Source of the DNA: an uncultured Candidatus Saccharibacteria bacterium
GTDB taxonomy: Bacteria; Patescibacteriota; Minisyncoccia; Phycocordibacterales; Phycocordibacteraceae
Assembly (NCBI GenBank): GCA_964349555.1
Contig: CAYGGK010000002.1
Coordinates: 9,258-73,257, forward strand
Direction: 5' to 3'
Length of the DNA: 64,000 bases
Part shown: positions 26,857 through 35,118 of the stretch, piece after piece
How positions within the stretch are numbered: the stretch's first letter is position 1
How the letters are laid out: each line of letters begins with the position of its first letter
Program-made: the position numbers and the translations under genes
The notes under the pieces: model-generated
Told to the model about the DNA's origin: nothing
Databases searched by the model: none
Seen by the model: the letters and a program-made list of their open reading frames with translations, nothing else

Positions 26857-28287
26857 ATGCGCTATATATCAACACGAGGTGGAGGCAGTCCGCTTTCATT
26901 CAATGATGTCTTGCTGGCCGGACTCGCGCCGGATGGCGGACTCTACGTTCCAGAGGAATATCCGCAACTGAGCTGGCGGGATATTCAGCAGATGAAGGAC
27001 TGGAGTTACAATCGCATTGCACTCCAAGTCCTCAGGATGTTCATCGGTAACGATATCGATGACGACAATCTGCGCCAGATCATCGACAAAGCATACACCC
27101 CGCGACTTTTTGGCAGTATCGACATTACGCCGATTCAACCGATAGCAAATCGGGTCGGCCTTCTGAAACTCTCCAATGGACCGACGTTGGCATTCAAGGA
27201 TGTTGCTCTGCAACTACTGGCAAACTTGATGGATCATGTCCTTCTGGAACGCGATGAGCGCCTAAACATCCTCGGGGCCACTTCTGGTGACACTGGATCG
27301 GCGGCAGAGTGGGCGGTGCGCGGCCGGGAACGGCTCCGCATCTTTATGCTCTCCCCACACGGTCGCATGACTCGGTTCCAAGAGATGCAGATGTATCGGA
27401 TCCATGATCCGGCTGTCTTCAATCTGGTGCCTGACGGCAACTTCGATGACTGCCAGGCGGCGGTGAAGCTGGTTAACAGCGACGCCGACTTCAAGAGGCG
27501 GCACTCGATCGGTGCGGTCAACTCGATCAACTGGGCACGTATCGTTGCTCAGGTCGTCTATTACATTTACGGGTATACCCGCGTGATGGATGATCAGAGC
27601 GAGATCATGAACGTCGCTGTGCCGTCGGGCAACTTCGGCAACGCATTGGCCGCCTACGTGGCTGCCAAGATGGGGCTTAGGATGCATATCATAGTCGCCA
27701 CCAACGACAACGACGTGCTTCACGAGTTCTTTCAGACCGGCGTGTATCGTGTCCGCAAGGGTGACGAAGTCAAGAAGACGCACAGTCCTTCGATGGACAT
27801 CGCGTCGGCCTCGAACTTCGAACGGTTCATGTTTGACTACGTTGACCGCGATCCTGCTCGGCTTCGGGCACTGTGGGAGCAGATCGCCACAACCGGCGAG
27901 TTCAAGTTCCCACATGACTTCCGTCGCTCGAACGGTGGTGTGTCGATCTCGTCTGGCATGGCGACCGACACGGAGGTAATTGATTGGATCAAACTGGTCT
28001 ACAACACCTACGGCGGAATCATTATCGATCCTCACACTGCCGTCGCCTTCAAGGTCGGTCTCGACAACTACACTGGCAACGGACTCGGTCCACTGTTGAT
28101 CACTGAGACTGCTCAACCTGCGAAGTTCGATGACGCAATCAGGCAGGCGATTGGTCTCGAGATGGGCTTTCCCCCCTCGTGTAGTCATCTCAAGAGCTGT
28201 CAGGACAAGATCACACGCATCGAAGAAACTGATCCGGCCGCTATTGCGGATGCGGTGAAGATCTTCATCAAGGCGAACGTGGCCTGA
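26857..28287 (+). CDS. thrC: threonine synthase (long/eukaryote-like form)
   Basis: MRYISTRGGG.. N-terminus, PLP-binding region FKDVALQ, about 476 aa. Confidence 0.8.
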   Translation: MRYISTRGGGSPLSFNDVLLAGLAPDGGLYVPEEYPQLSWRDIQQMKDWSYNRIALQVLRMFIGNDIDDDNLRQIIDKAYTPRLFGSIDITPIQPIANRVGLLKLSNGPTLAFKDVALQLLANLMDHVLLERDERLNILGATSGDTGSAAEWAVRGRERLRIFMLSPHGRMTRFQEMQMYRIHDPAVFNLVPDGNFDDCQAAVKLVNSDADFKRRHSIGAVNSINWARIVAQVVYYIYGYTRVMDDQSEIMNVAVPSGNFGNALAAYVAAKMGLRMHIIVATNDNDVLHEFFQTGVYRVRKGDEVKKTHSPSMDIASASNFERFMFDYVDRDPARLRALWEQIATTGEFKFPHDFRRSNGGVSISSGMATDTEVIDWIKLVYNTYGGIIIDPHTAVAFKVGLDNYTGNGLGPLLITETAQPAKFDDAIRQAIGLEMGFPPSCSHLKSCQDKITRIEETDPAAIADAVKIFIKANVA

Positions 28288-28310
28288 AACTCTCCAGAGC
28301 GAAAAGATTG

Positions 28311-28341
28311 GCCCGCCAGCCGTTGTGTTGGCGGGTCTTTT
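28311..28341 (+). terminator. rho-independent terminator after thrC (CCCGCCAGC-CGTTGTG-TTGGCGGG + TCTTTT)
   Basis: Hairpin plus T-run directly after the stop. Confidence 0.6.
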
Positions 28342-28428
28342 CATATCAAAAGTTCGATTCCCGTTACTATGACGATTTTGTATTCAAAAATATTGAGCGA
28401 AACAAAGCTATTTTGAGCTGTTAACGTT

Positions 28429-28501
28429 GGGCGACTAGAGAGAATCGAACTCTCGATACCTGCTCCACAAGCAGGAGTTTTACCACTAAACTATAGTCGC
28501 C
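28429..28501 (-). tRNA. tRNA-His (anticodon GTG)
   Basis: Manual fold: acceptor GGCGACT/AGTCGCC, anticodon loop CTTGTGGA, T-loop TTCGATT, discriminator C; no encoded G-1 or CCA. Confidence 0.8.
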
Positions 28502-28569
28502 ACGTGCCCTTCGTAGCTTTAGCGAAGAAGGGTGCCTGATTTTTATAACACAGATGCTTCATTTGCGCT

Positions 28570-29103
28570 TTAATACCGAGGGGTTTCTTCGGCGACACCA
28601 TTGATGTGGTTGGCGAGGCGCGCGAGCGCGAAGAGGAGCGAGGAGAGGCGATTCATATACGCGACTGTTTCTGCAGATAGGTCGCGCAGACGCGCCTCGC
28701 CAACCGCGGTAAGACGCCGCTCGGCGCGCCGCGCGAGCGTCCGCGCGACGTCGAGGAGCGCGGAGAGCTCCGTCCCGCCAGCGACGGAGAATCCCTTCAA
28801 GGGAGGTATTTCTTTCTCTATCTCATTCACTATTTTTTCAATATGCGGCACAGCGTCCTTCCCTATTCTTTTATCCGCGCCGGCGACCTCCGCCTGGACG
28901 ATGAAAAGTGTCTCTTGTATGTCGCGCAGTGTGCTTGCGATGCGCGGCTCGCCGGCGCATCGCATCTTCACAAACCCAATATAGGAGTTCAGCTCATCGA
29001 GCGCGCCGAGCGCTTCAGGCAACTCTGACGACTTTGATATCCGCTGTTGGTTACAGCCGAATGCGGTCGTCGTCCCCGTGTCCCCCTTGCCGGTATAAAG
29101 CAT
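28570..29103 (-). CDS. PduO-type ATP:cob(I)alamin adenosyltransferase-like protein (MMAB family)
   Basis: MLYTGKGDTGTT N-terminus and overall helical-bundle pattern typical of the PduO/DUF80 family. Confidence 0.65.
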   Translation of the reverse strand: MLYTGKGDTGTTTAFGCNQQRISKSSELPEALGALDELNSYIGFVKMRCAGEPRIASTLRDIQETLFIVQAEVAGADKRIGKDAVPHIEKIVNEIEKEIPPLKGFSVAGGTELSALLDVARTLARRAERRLTAVGEARLRDLSAETVAYMNRLSSLLFALARLANHINGVAEETPRY

Positions 29104-29113
29104 TATGCGGGAA

Positions 29114-29878
29114 TTATACAGGGCTTACGGCGAGTAACGCCATGGTGCCGATACCCGCCAACATCCAGGCCAGTTGTATGCCTGCTCGCCGCGTGTTTGG
29201 TTCTTTGTGTAATTCTGGAATGAGGTCAGACATGGCGATATAAATGAAGCTCGCCGCGCCCAACCCCAACAAGACTACGAGCGCCTCCTCAAGGTCTCTC
29301 GCGAGAGTTAACACGACAACCGCCCCCGCGATAGCGGTGGTGGCGGAAAAGAAATTGTACAACAATGCCTTTTTTCTACTCCATCCTCCATGGATGAGTA
29401 CGGCGAACTGTCCGATTTCTTGAGGAACCTCGTGGAAAATAATCGCGGTGGCTGTCGCTATCCCGACAGGAATACTGACCAAGAAGCTTGTCGCGATAAT
29501 GATGCCGTCGAGGAAGTTGTGCAACACGTCTCCAATAATGGTGAGGTGCACCATAGAGTGCACGCGCTCCTCGTGAGCGGTGTGCGACTGGTGCCACAAC
29601 AACACGCGCTCTAAAACGAAAAAAATCATAATGCCGGCGAGCACGGAGGCGCCGGCGAGCACGGAGGAGTCTCCCTGCATAATTTCTGGAAGGATGTGGA
29701 TGAACACGTCGCCGAGGAGCGCTCCCGCAGAAAAGCTAATGAGATAAAAAAGAATGCGCCGCAATCGTTCTTGTGTAATCCCCAGCGTAAAAACTCCTAC
29801 CAGAGAAATGAGACTGATAAGTATGACGCTCGCGAGCGTGTATATCCAAACTTCAATCATACTGACGTAGTTGAACAA
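29114..29878 (-). CDS. ZIP-family divalent metal transporter (ZupT-like)
   Basis: Multi-TM; HEVPQEIGQFAVL.. and His-rich loop HQSHTAHEERVH. Confidence 0.75.
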   Translation of the reverse strand: MFNYVSMIEVWIYTLASVILISLISLVGVFTLGITQERLRRILFYLISFSAGALLGDVFIHILPEIMQGDSSVLAGASVLAGIMIFFVLERVLLWHQSHTAHEERVHSMVHLTIIGDVLHNFLDGIIIATSFLVSIPVGIATATAIIFHEVPQEIGQFAVLIHGGWSRKKALLYNFFSATTAIAGAVVVLTLARDLEEALVVLLGLGAASFIYIAMSDLIPELHKEPNTRRAGIQLAWMLAGIGTMALLAVSPV

Positions 29879-29928
29879 TACCTAAAAAAATTGACTCGGA
29901 CAAGGGTTCTCGGCTATCGTGAGGGAGT

Positions 29929-30504
29929 ATGAAAAAACAAACCAAGTTAGTAGTGGGTGTTTCGGGAGCAAAAGGCAGCTTTTCTGAAGAAGCCGCCCTT
30001 AACTACGTTGCGAAGTCGCGTATAAAATCCTATTCAATACAGTACCTTGTCTCGGTAGAAAATGTTCTCCAGGCCCTTGAGCGAGGAGAGATAGCCGAGG
30101 GCATCTTCCCTATTGAGAACTCAAACGGCGGTGTCGTTATTGAGACCGTCTACGCCATGGCCAAACACACATTTCATATCAAGAAAATGTTTGAGATAGA
30201 CGTTCATCACAATTTGCTCGTGAAGAGGGGGGTTACGAGAGCCGAGATTAAAAAAATAGTTTCCCACGACCAGGCCCTCAAACAGTGTCGGATGTACCTC
30301 AAACGTGCGTGGCCGAAGGTGAAGGTGGCTGAATACAAAGACACAGCGCTCGCCGCCAAGGACCTTGCCAGCGGGAAACTGCCCGCCTCAACGGCCGTCA
30401 TCGCTTCAGGAGTAGCGGCAGATTTATATAAACTAAAAATTCTTGAGAAATCAATTCAGGATTTAAAGTTCAATTACACTAGTTTTATCGTCGCAAAAAA
30501 ATAA
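29929..30504 (+). CDS. prephenate dehydratase catalytic (PDT) domain protein, no ACT domain
   Basis: KLVVGVSGAKGSFSEEAALNY... PDT-domain N-terminus; about 190 aa. Confidence 0.65.
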   Translation: MKKQTKLVVGVSGAKGSFSEEAALNYVAKSRIKSYSIQYLVSVENVLQALERGEIAEGIFPIENSNGGVVIETVYAMAKHTFHIKKMFEIDVHHNLLVKRGVTRAEIKKIVSHDQALKQCRMYLKRAWPKVKVAEYKDTALAAKDLASGKLPASTAVIASGVAADLYKLKILEKSIQDLKFNYTSFIVAKK

Positions 30505-30506
30505 AA

Positions 30507-30752
30507 TTAGTCGGAGTAAAAATGTTTCCGCAATTCCGACTCTGGGATATACCGCGAGGCTTGCCGATAAAGCGATACGGCCGTGCCTCGGTCGAGTTCC
30601 TTATGGTTAGGCACGGTAAGCGTCTCACGCGTGCCGTCCTCGGCAGTTCGCCGTAGCTTGATATGGCTTCCTCTCTGGTCTGCTATAGAAAATCCGAAAC
30701 TCTCAAAAATATGAACAACATCTTGTCCGTTCAAGACCCGCGGCTTAGACAT
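30507..30752 (-). CDS. hicA: type II toxin HicA (mRNA interferase)
   Basis: MSKPRVLNGQDVVHIFESFGFSIADQRGSHIKLRR.. classic HicA; start at internal Met of ORF 30507..30812. Confidence 0.8.
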   Translation of the reverse strand: MSKPRVLNGQDVVHIFESFGFSIADQRGSHIKLRRTAEDGTRETLTVPNHKELDRGTAVSLYRQASRYIPESELRKHFYSD

Positions 30753-30975
30753 GCGCGAGCGCGCGAGGCAACTCAAAGTTGACGAGCACGGAGGACGAGG
30801 GTGCGAGGCCAAAATCCGCCGGATCCTCTCCGTTAAGGCAGAGTTCCGTGGCTTCCTGGATATTCTTCGCGAGTTCGTCGAGGGTCTTACCCTGGGTTAC
30901 TACCGGCAAATCCAAACCCTCAGCGACGTAGTAAGTGTCACCCTTGAAGATGCGGTATTGGATGATGGTCTTCAT
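30745..30975 (-). CDS. hicB: HicB-family antitoxin (UPF0150 fold)
   Basis: 76 aa; overlaps hicA start by 8 nt; YYVAEGLDLPVVTQGKTLDELAKNIQEA typical of the HicB N-domain. Confidence 0.65.
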   Translation of the reverse strand: MKTIIQYRIFKGDTYYVAEGLDLPVVTQGKTLDELAKNIQEATELCLNGEDPADFGLAPSSSVLVNFELPRALAHV

Positions 30976-31000
30976 ACTCGCTATTATACCATAGACGAAT

Positions 31001-32668
31001 TTAAGTAGGAAACTCTACAATAAAAGTCGAGCCCTTGCCCGCGCCCTCGGATTCGGCGCGGATGGTGCCACCATGCGCCTCCACAATCTGCTTCGCGATG
31101 TAGAGGCCGTAGCCGGTGGAGTGGACGTTCACCTTCTGCGACTCCTTACCGTGACCACCCTCGGTGAAGAGCAGTTTCTTATCTTCATCGGTTATGCCGA
31201 CGCCAGTATCTTTTACTTTGAAAACAAAAACATCCTTGTTGAGCGATTTATCCCGAGTCTTTTCGAGGGAAACCGCTACCGAGCCAGTCGGTGTGTAGTT
31301 AATAGAGTTGTCTATCAGGTTGCGTAGCACGTGGTCGCCGATTTGAGCTCTGTCTCCGGTCATCTCATACGACCCCTCATCGGTGGTAAAGGAGAGATTG
31401 AGCCCTTTCTGCTCGGCAGAGGACTTCGCCTTCTCTACCGCCTCTCCCACAAGAGCCTTGAGATCAAAGGTCGCTTTCGTGTAGGTCACGGTCCCCTTCT
31501 TCAAGTTCGCGGCCTTAAGGATATTCTCCACTGCACCAGCGCTCTGGCGTGACTCGGTGAGCGCATGCTCAACAAACGGCTTGAGCGTGTCGGGCAACAC
31601 TCCAAAGTCGCCCTCAGCGAGCGCGGCGAACGCTCCTGCATCCTTGGTCAACGACCCCTTCACCTCATGCCCGATGAAATGTATAAGCGTCTCCTGTCTC
31701 TCGTTGGTCTTCGCGAGCTCCCCCGCGAGTTCTTCAATATGCTCTCGCTGCTCAATCTCCCGTTTGACGCTTCGGACAAGGAACCAGCCGAAAATTATTG
31801 CAGAAAACAGTGTAATCCCAGTTAACACATAACTGACCGGATTTGTTACGAAGAGGAATTCCGCTGCCACTAGGATGACAAGGGAGACAACAAGTGCCTG
31901 GGTTGCAACGAGCTTTATATTAAACGCATGATATCGAGTCGTCGCATACGCAAGAATCCCAACAAAAATTGTCATGGCTGCCATGCCATATTGTGAAAGT
32001 CCGAAATCTGGTATATATCCCTGGTCAACAAGATAGCTCGCTACGACTCCTGTAACTAGAAAAGAGAAGGTAAAAAGTTCCGCGCCAGCAAAAATAACGA
32101 CTCGTGCAGATCGAATTTGGTAATCAGCGACATTCTTTTTGCGAAGCCCTTGGAACGCAGAAACCGCCATTAAGACCATGGCAAGTATGCCGAGACCGTA
32201 ATAATAGTTGGTAAACCAAGTCCCTTCGATTGCGATACAGTCTCTGATGTTATACCCGATGAGATTCGCAGTGGTAGGGGTGAAGATGAGTATGGGAAGA
32301 AATGCCACAGTCCAAACTGTAGCCATCCAAGCTGGCAATGGACGCTCAGTAATAGATACATGCACGAACCAATTTGTGAAAAAGAAAAGTAGCACCGAGA
32401 GCAGTCCGAGTTCTGCCCATGAAGACATGATGAATGTATTGTCTTCAATATAAATCCATTGCAATAAATCAAGCGTTGAATAGATTGAGAAAATAACAGC
32501 AATAACGGCAAGTAAGACACTTGCAAGATCCCTGCGTTTTAACAATACATAGCCACCGAAAAGAAGGGACGCCACGATTGCTGGTATATGGGTGTAATAG
32601 AGCAATCCTTGAGAATCCAAAAAAAACTGGTAGCAGTATTGAAGATTGTTCAAGAGATTGTATTCCAT
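31001..32668 (-). CDS. sensor histidine kinase with a roughly 7-TM N-terminal sensor domain
   Basis: HisKA H-box IHFIGHEVKGSL, HATPase_c N/G boxes (NLIDNSINYT, DTGVGI, GYGLYIAKQIV); no response regulator seen in window. Confidence 0.8.
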   Translation of the reverse strand: MEYNLLNNLQYCYQFFLDSQGLLYYTHIPAIVASLLFGGYVLLKRRDLASVLLAVIAVIFSIYSTLDLLQWIYIEDNTFIMSSWAELGLLSVLLFFFTNWFVHVSITERPLPAWMATVWTVAFLPILIFTPTTANLIGYNIRDCIAIEGTWFTNYYYGLGILAMVLMAVSAFQGLRKKNVADYQIRSARVVIFAGAELFTFSFLVTGVVASYLVDQGYIPDFGLSQYGMAAMTIFVGILAYATTRYHAFNIKLVATQALVVSLVILVAAEFLFVTNPVSYVLTGITLFSAIIFGWFLVRSVKREIEQREHIEELAGELAKTNERQETLIHFIGHEVKGSLTKDAGAFAALAEGDFGVLPDTLKPFVEHALTESRQSAGAVENILKAANLKKGTVTYTKATFDLKALVGEAVEKAKSSAEQKGLNLSFTTDEGSYEMTGDRAQIGDHVLRNLIDNSINYTPTGSVAVSLEKTRDKSLNKDVFVFKVKDTGVGITDEDKKLLFTEGGHGKESQKVNVHSTGYGLYIAKQIVEAHGGTIRAESEGAGKGSTFIVEFPT

Positions 32669-32674
32669 GTGGCT

Positions 32675-33442
32675 CTAGACGAATTGCCGCACCTTTTCTG
32701 GATAATAACACCCGAGCGGGCCATCATCAGTTTCCATAGGTTCAATGGGGACAATAAGCGGTTGTAAACCAAAAACTTCTTTCAGTTTCCGGAATGCCGG
32801 AAGCACTTTGATATTAGTAAAAAATGATTCTCGTTTTTCTGTTGTAAAATTACCGAACAAAATTGCATCTGATATGAACAACCCCAGGTATCGAAGATAC
32901 GGTAATTCGGGCGCAAAAGAATATCCTTTGCGGAACCAATCAGAGAAGTCGTATATTTCAATATTCACGCCTGGCAAACATTCCGAGAAAAGGCGGTGGT
33001 GGAAATCAATAAAATTTTCACCTTTTATGGTCTTGATTTCATTCATCGGCTTTCCTTGATCTTTTTCAAAATCGATAATACGTATCGACTCAGTAATCTT
33101 CTTGTTCCCTAAGAAGTTCTCTCGAAAGAATGTCAGCTCGCCTAAGCAGTGTTTTACATAATTTAAGTGGACAAACTTATCCTTTCTAAATTCATAGAAA
33201 ATAGGTCTGATTGGTAGATTTTTAGAAACATCCAGAAAATAGTTAAGTTCAAGGTTTGGACTTACAAGCGTAGGGGACATTACCGCTCGTGGCTCTAACA
33301 TTAATTCAGGAGGGCATGGGTGCGAAGAGAAGTAAGCATCCACCCTCTTCCTCAATTCCCTATCACCTCGGCGACGCTTAAGTTCTTCCAGCGCTTTCGT
33401 CAATGGTGTATAAAGTTCTGCGATTTCAGAATAGGAGGACAT
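32675..33442 (-). CDS. hypothetical protein (low-GC island; operonic with kinase)
   Basis: ORF only; 6-nt gaps to neighbours; no family recognised. Confidence 0.3.
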   Translation of the reverse strand: MSSYSEIAELYTPLTKALEELKRRRGDRELRKRVDAYFSSHPCPPELMLEPRAVMSPTLVSPNLELNYFLDVSKNLPIRPIFYEFRKDKFVHLNYVKHCLGELTFFRENFLGNKKITESIRIIDFEKDQGKPMNEIKTIKGENFIDFHHRLFSECLPGVNIEIYDFSDWFRKGYSFAPELPYLRYLGLFISDAILFGNFTTEKRESFFTNIKVLPAFRKLKEVFGLQPLIVPIEPMETDDGPLGCYYPEKVRQFV

Positions 33443-33448
33443 GAGACG

Positions 33449-33787
33449 TTATTGATTTGTGGTTATGGGACCATAGCATGTATTTTCTTCGCCTGATTCA
33501 CAATATTGAACTGTACAGCTTGAATCATCCTCCACACAACTCAACTCCGGACACTGGCCTGCCCACCCGTCACAGATAGGTATTGTGTTAGCTCTCTTTG
33601 TAATCTCTGCGTAATATTGTGGCGCATTTTCTCCGTCTCCAATAAAACAGGAATGCTGGGTTGGATCGCATGATACGTTTGCAAAAACGAGATAATCACG
33701 AACAATATAGAATTTATAAAATGCCGCACTCGCCGACACTAGCGACACCAGGACGATAATCCAGATGAGAATCCGAGTCCCCTTCAT
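33449..33787 (-). CDS. small secreted Cys-rich protein (signal peptide plus about 10 Cys)
   Basis: MKGTRILIWIIVLVSLVSASA signal; C-rich mature region; start at internal Met of ORF 33449..33898. Confidence 0.4.
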   Translation of the reverse strand: MKGTRILIWIIVLVSLVSASAAFYKFYIVRDYLVFANVSCDPTQHSCFIGDGENAPQYYAEITKRANTIPICDGWAGQCPELSCVEDDSSCTVQYCESGEENTCYGPITTNQ

Positions 33788-33848
33788 GGTTATTATTTTA
33801 ACACAAAAAAAGAAAATCGGCGGCATGCGTTGTGCGCATTGCCGCCGA

Positions 33849-34382
33849 TCAAGTGAGACCGAACCAGTTGAAGATGAAGCGGAGGCCCTCGACGGCAAGG
33901 GTTACAACACCTGTCCACCAGAGGTTGGCCACCAGAACACTGCCCCAGAAGATTCTCCAGTCCCGAGACGAGAGGCCGTTGTACGCTTCCGCGCCATGCC
34001 GCATGTACACGGTCGTCACGAACGGATCCGTGAAGCAGGACAAGGCGAGGAATGCGAGCCAGTCACCCTTGCGGGTGGCCCATTGGATAAGGCGCGCCAC
34101 GCGCCCTTGCTTCTCTTCCCCATCTCGCACTCCCTTGAGGAGTTCGAGACCGAGCCAGTCTTGCTTAGACCAGTCGTAGAAGAGGAGGTAGAGCCAGCAG
34201 ATGAGAGCTGAGAATACGGTCATGACGAGACCGCCGGAAATTGCCCCCAACCACGCTATGACCGCAGGGTAGAAGGTGTAGTCAAACACAAACTCCTCCG
34301 CCTGCTTGAAGCCATGGCCGACAGCCATGATACCGATTCGCTCTTTCCAGCGAATCGGTTGATTCGCTGATTTGAGCGCCAT
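33849..34382 (-). CDS. polytopic membrane protein (about 4 TM), function unknown
   Basis: ORF with hydrophobic segments; first gene of the putative four-gene minus-strand operon. Confidence 0.35.
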   Translation of the reverse strand: MALKSANQPIRWKERIGIMAVGHGFKQAEEFVFDYTFYPAVIAWLGAISGGLVMTVFSALICWLYLLFYDWSKQDWLGLELLKGVRDGEEKQGRVARLIQWATRKGDWLAFLALSCFTDPFVTTVYMRHGAEAYNGLSSRDWRIFWGSVLVANLWWTGVVTLAVEGLRFIFNWFGLT

Positions 34383-34600
34383 TTGGCATCTCCCTTGTTT
34401 GTTACGTTAATGTTCAGGCATTCGACTCCCGACGCACTGTCGTGCTGTCGAGTACAAATACCGCTACTTATATTAAAGCACGACTATCTAAAATGTACAA
34501 GTGTTTGACAATTTATAGATTTAGTAATACGATTTACTCGTGAGTCGTAATTGTGCTACTCGCCTTGGCCTACGCGCCATGAATGTAGAAAGAGAAAACA

Positions 34601-34987
34601 ATGCTTGCTCAAGTTCTTATAAACGAAGACGGGATAAACGCTCGCGCGATCTCCCAGCAGGTTTCTCTCCCTGAGTTCGACACCCACGTTCTTAAGCGGG
34701 TGTTAAGGGAAGAATCAAACTTGCATGACCCTCGCCCCCTAACCGACGCACAGATCGACGCCGACGTTGATGCCTACCTGGAATTCCTTCGCGAACGAAA
34801 GCTGAACCACGGTGTCAACATCGTGCCCGTGGTCCAGGTCGATCGGGTCTGGCACATTCACATCATTCAGACCGAGCAGTACGCCCAGGTCTGCAACGAC
34901 TACTTCGGCTACTTCCTTCATCATGCATCTTTCATCTGCGGCATGGGCGACGGTAAGAAGATGGTCCCCTGGCATACTCGTCAGTAG
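34601..34987 (+). CDS. hypothetical protein (possible DUF1399/GRDP-like WHxH motif)
   Basis: VDRVWHIHIIQTEQYAQVCNDYFG resembles the conserved core of DUF1399; weak. Confidence 0.3.
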   Translation: MLAQVLINEDGINARAISQQVSLPEFDTHVLKRVLREESNLHDPRPLTDAQIDADVDAYLEFLRERKLNHGVNIVPVVQVDRVWHIHIIQTEQYAQVCNDYFGYFLHHASFICGMGDGKKMVPWHTRQ

Positions 34988-35118
34988 TACCACCATTTGA
35001 GCCGAACCCAGTCCTCAAGCCTGCTTTCCTCTATCTCTAAGGGAAAGCAGGCTTTTGAATTGTCGTGCGAGACAAGGCTGAGTTGCGGAACAGGCAAGAT
35101 GCTCGTACAATTTTCTCA

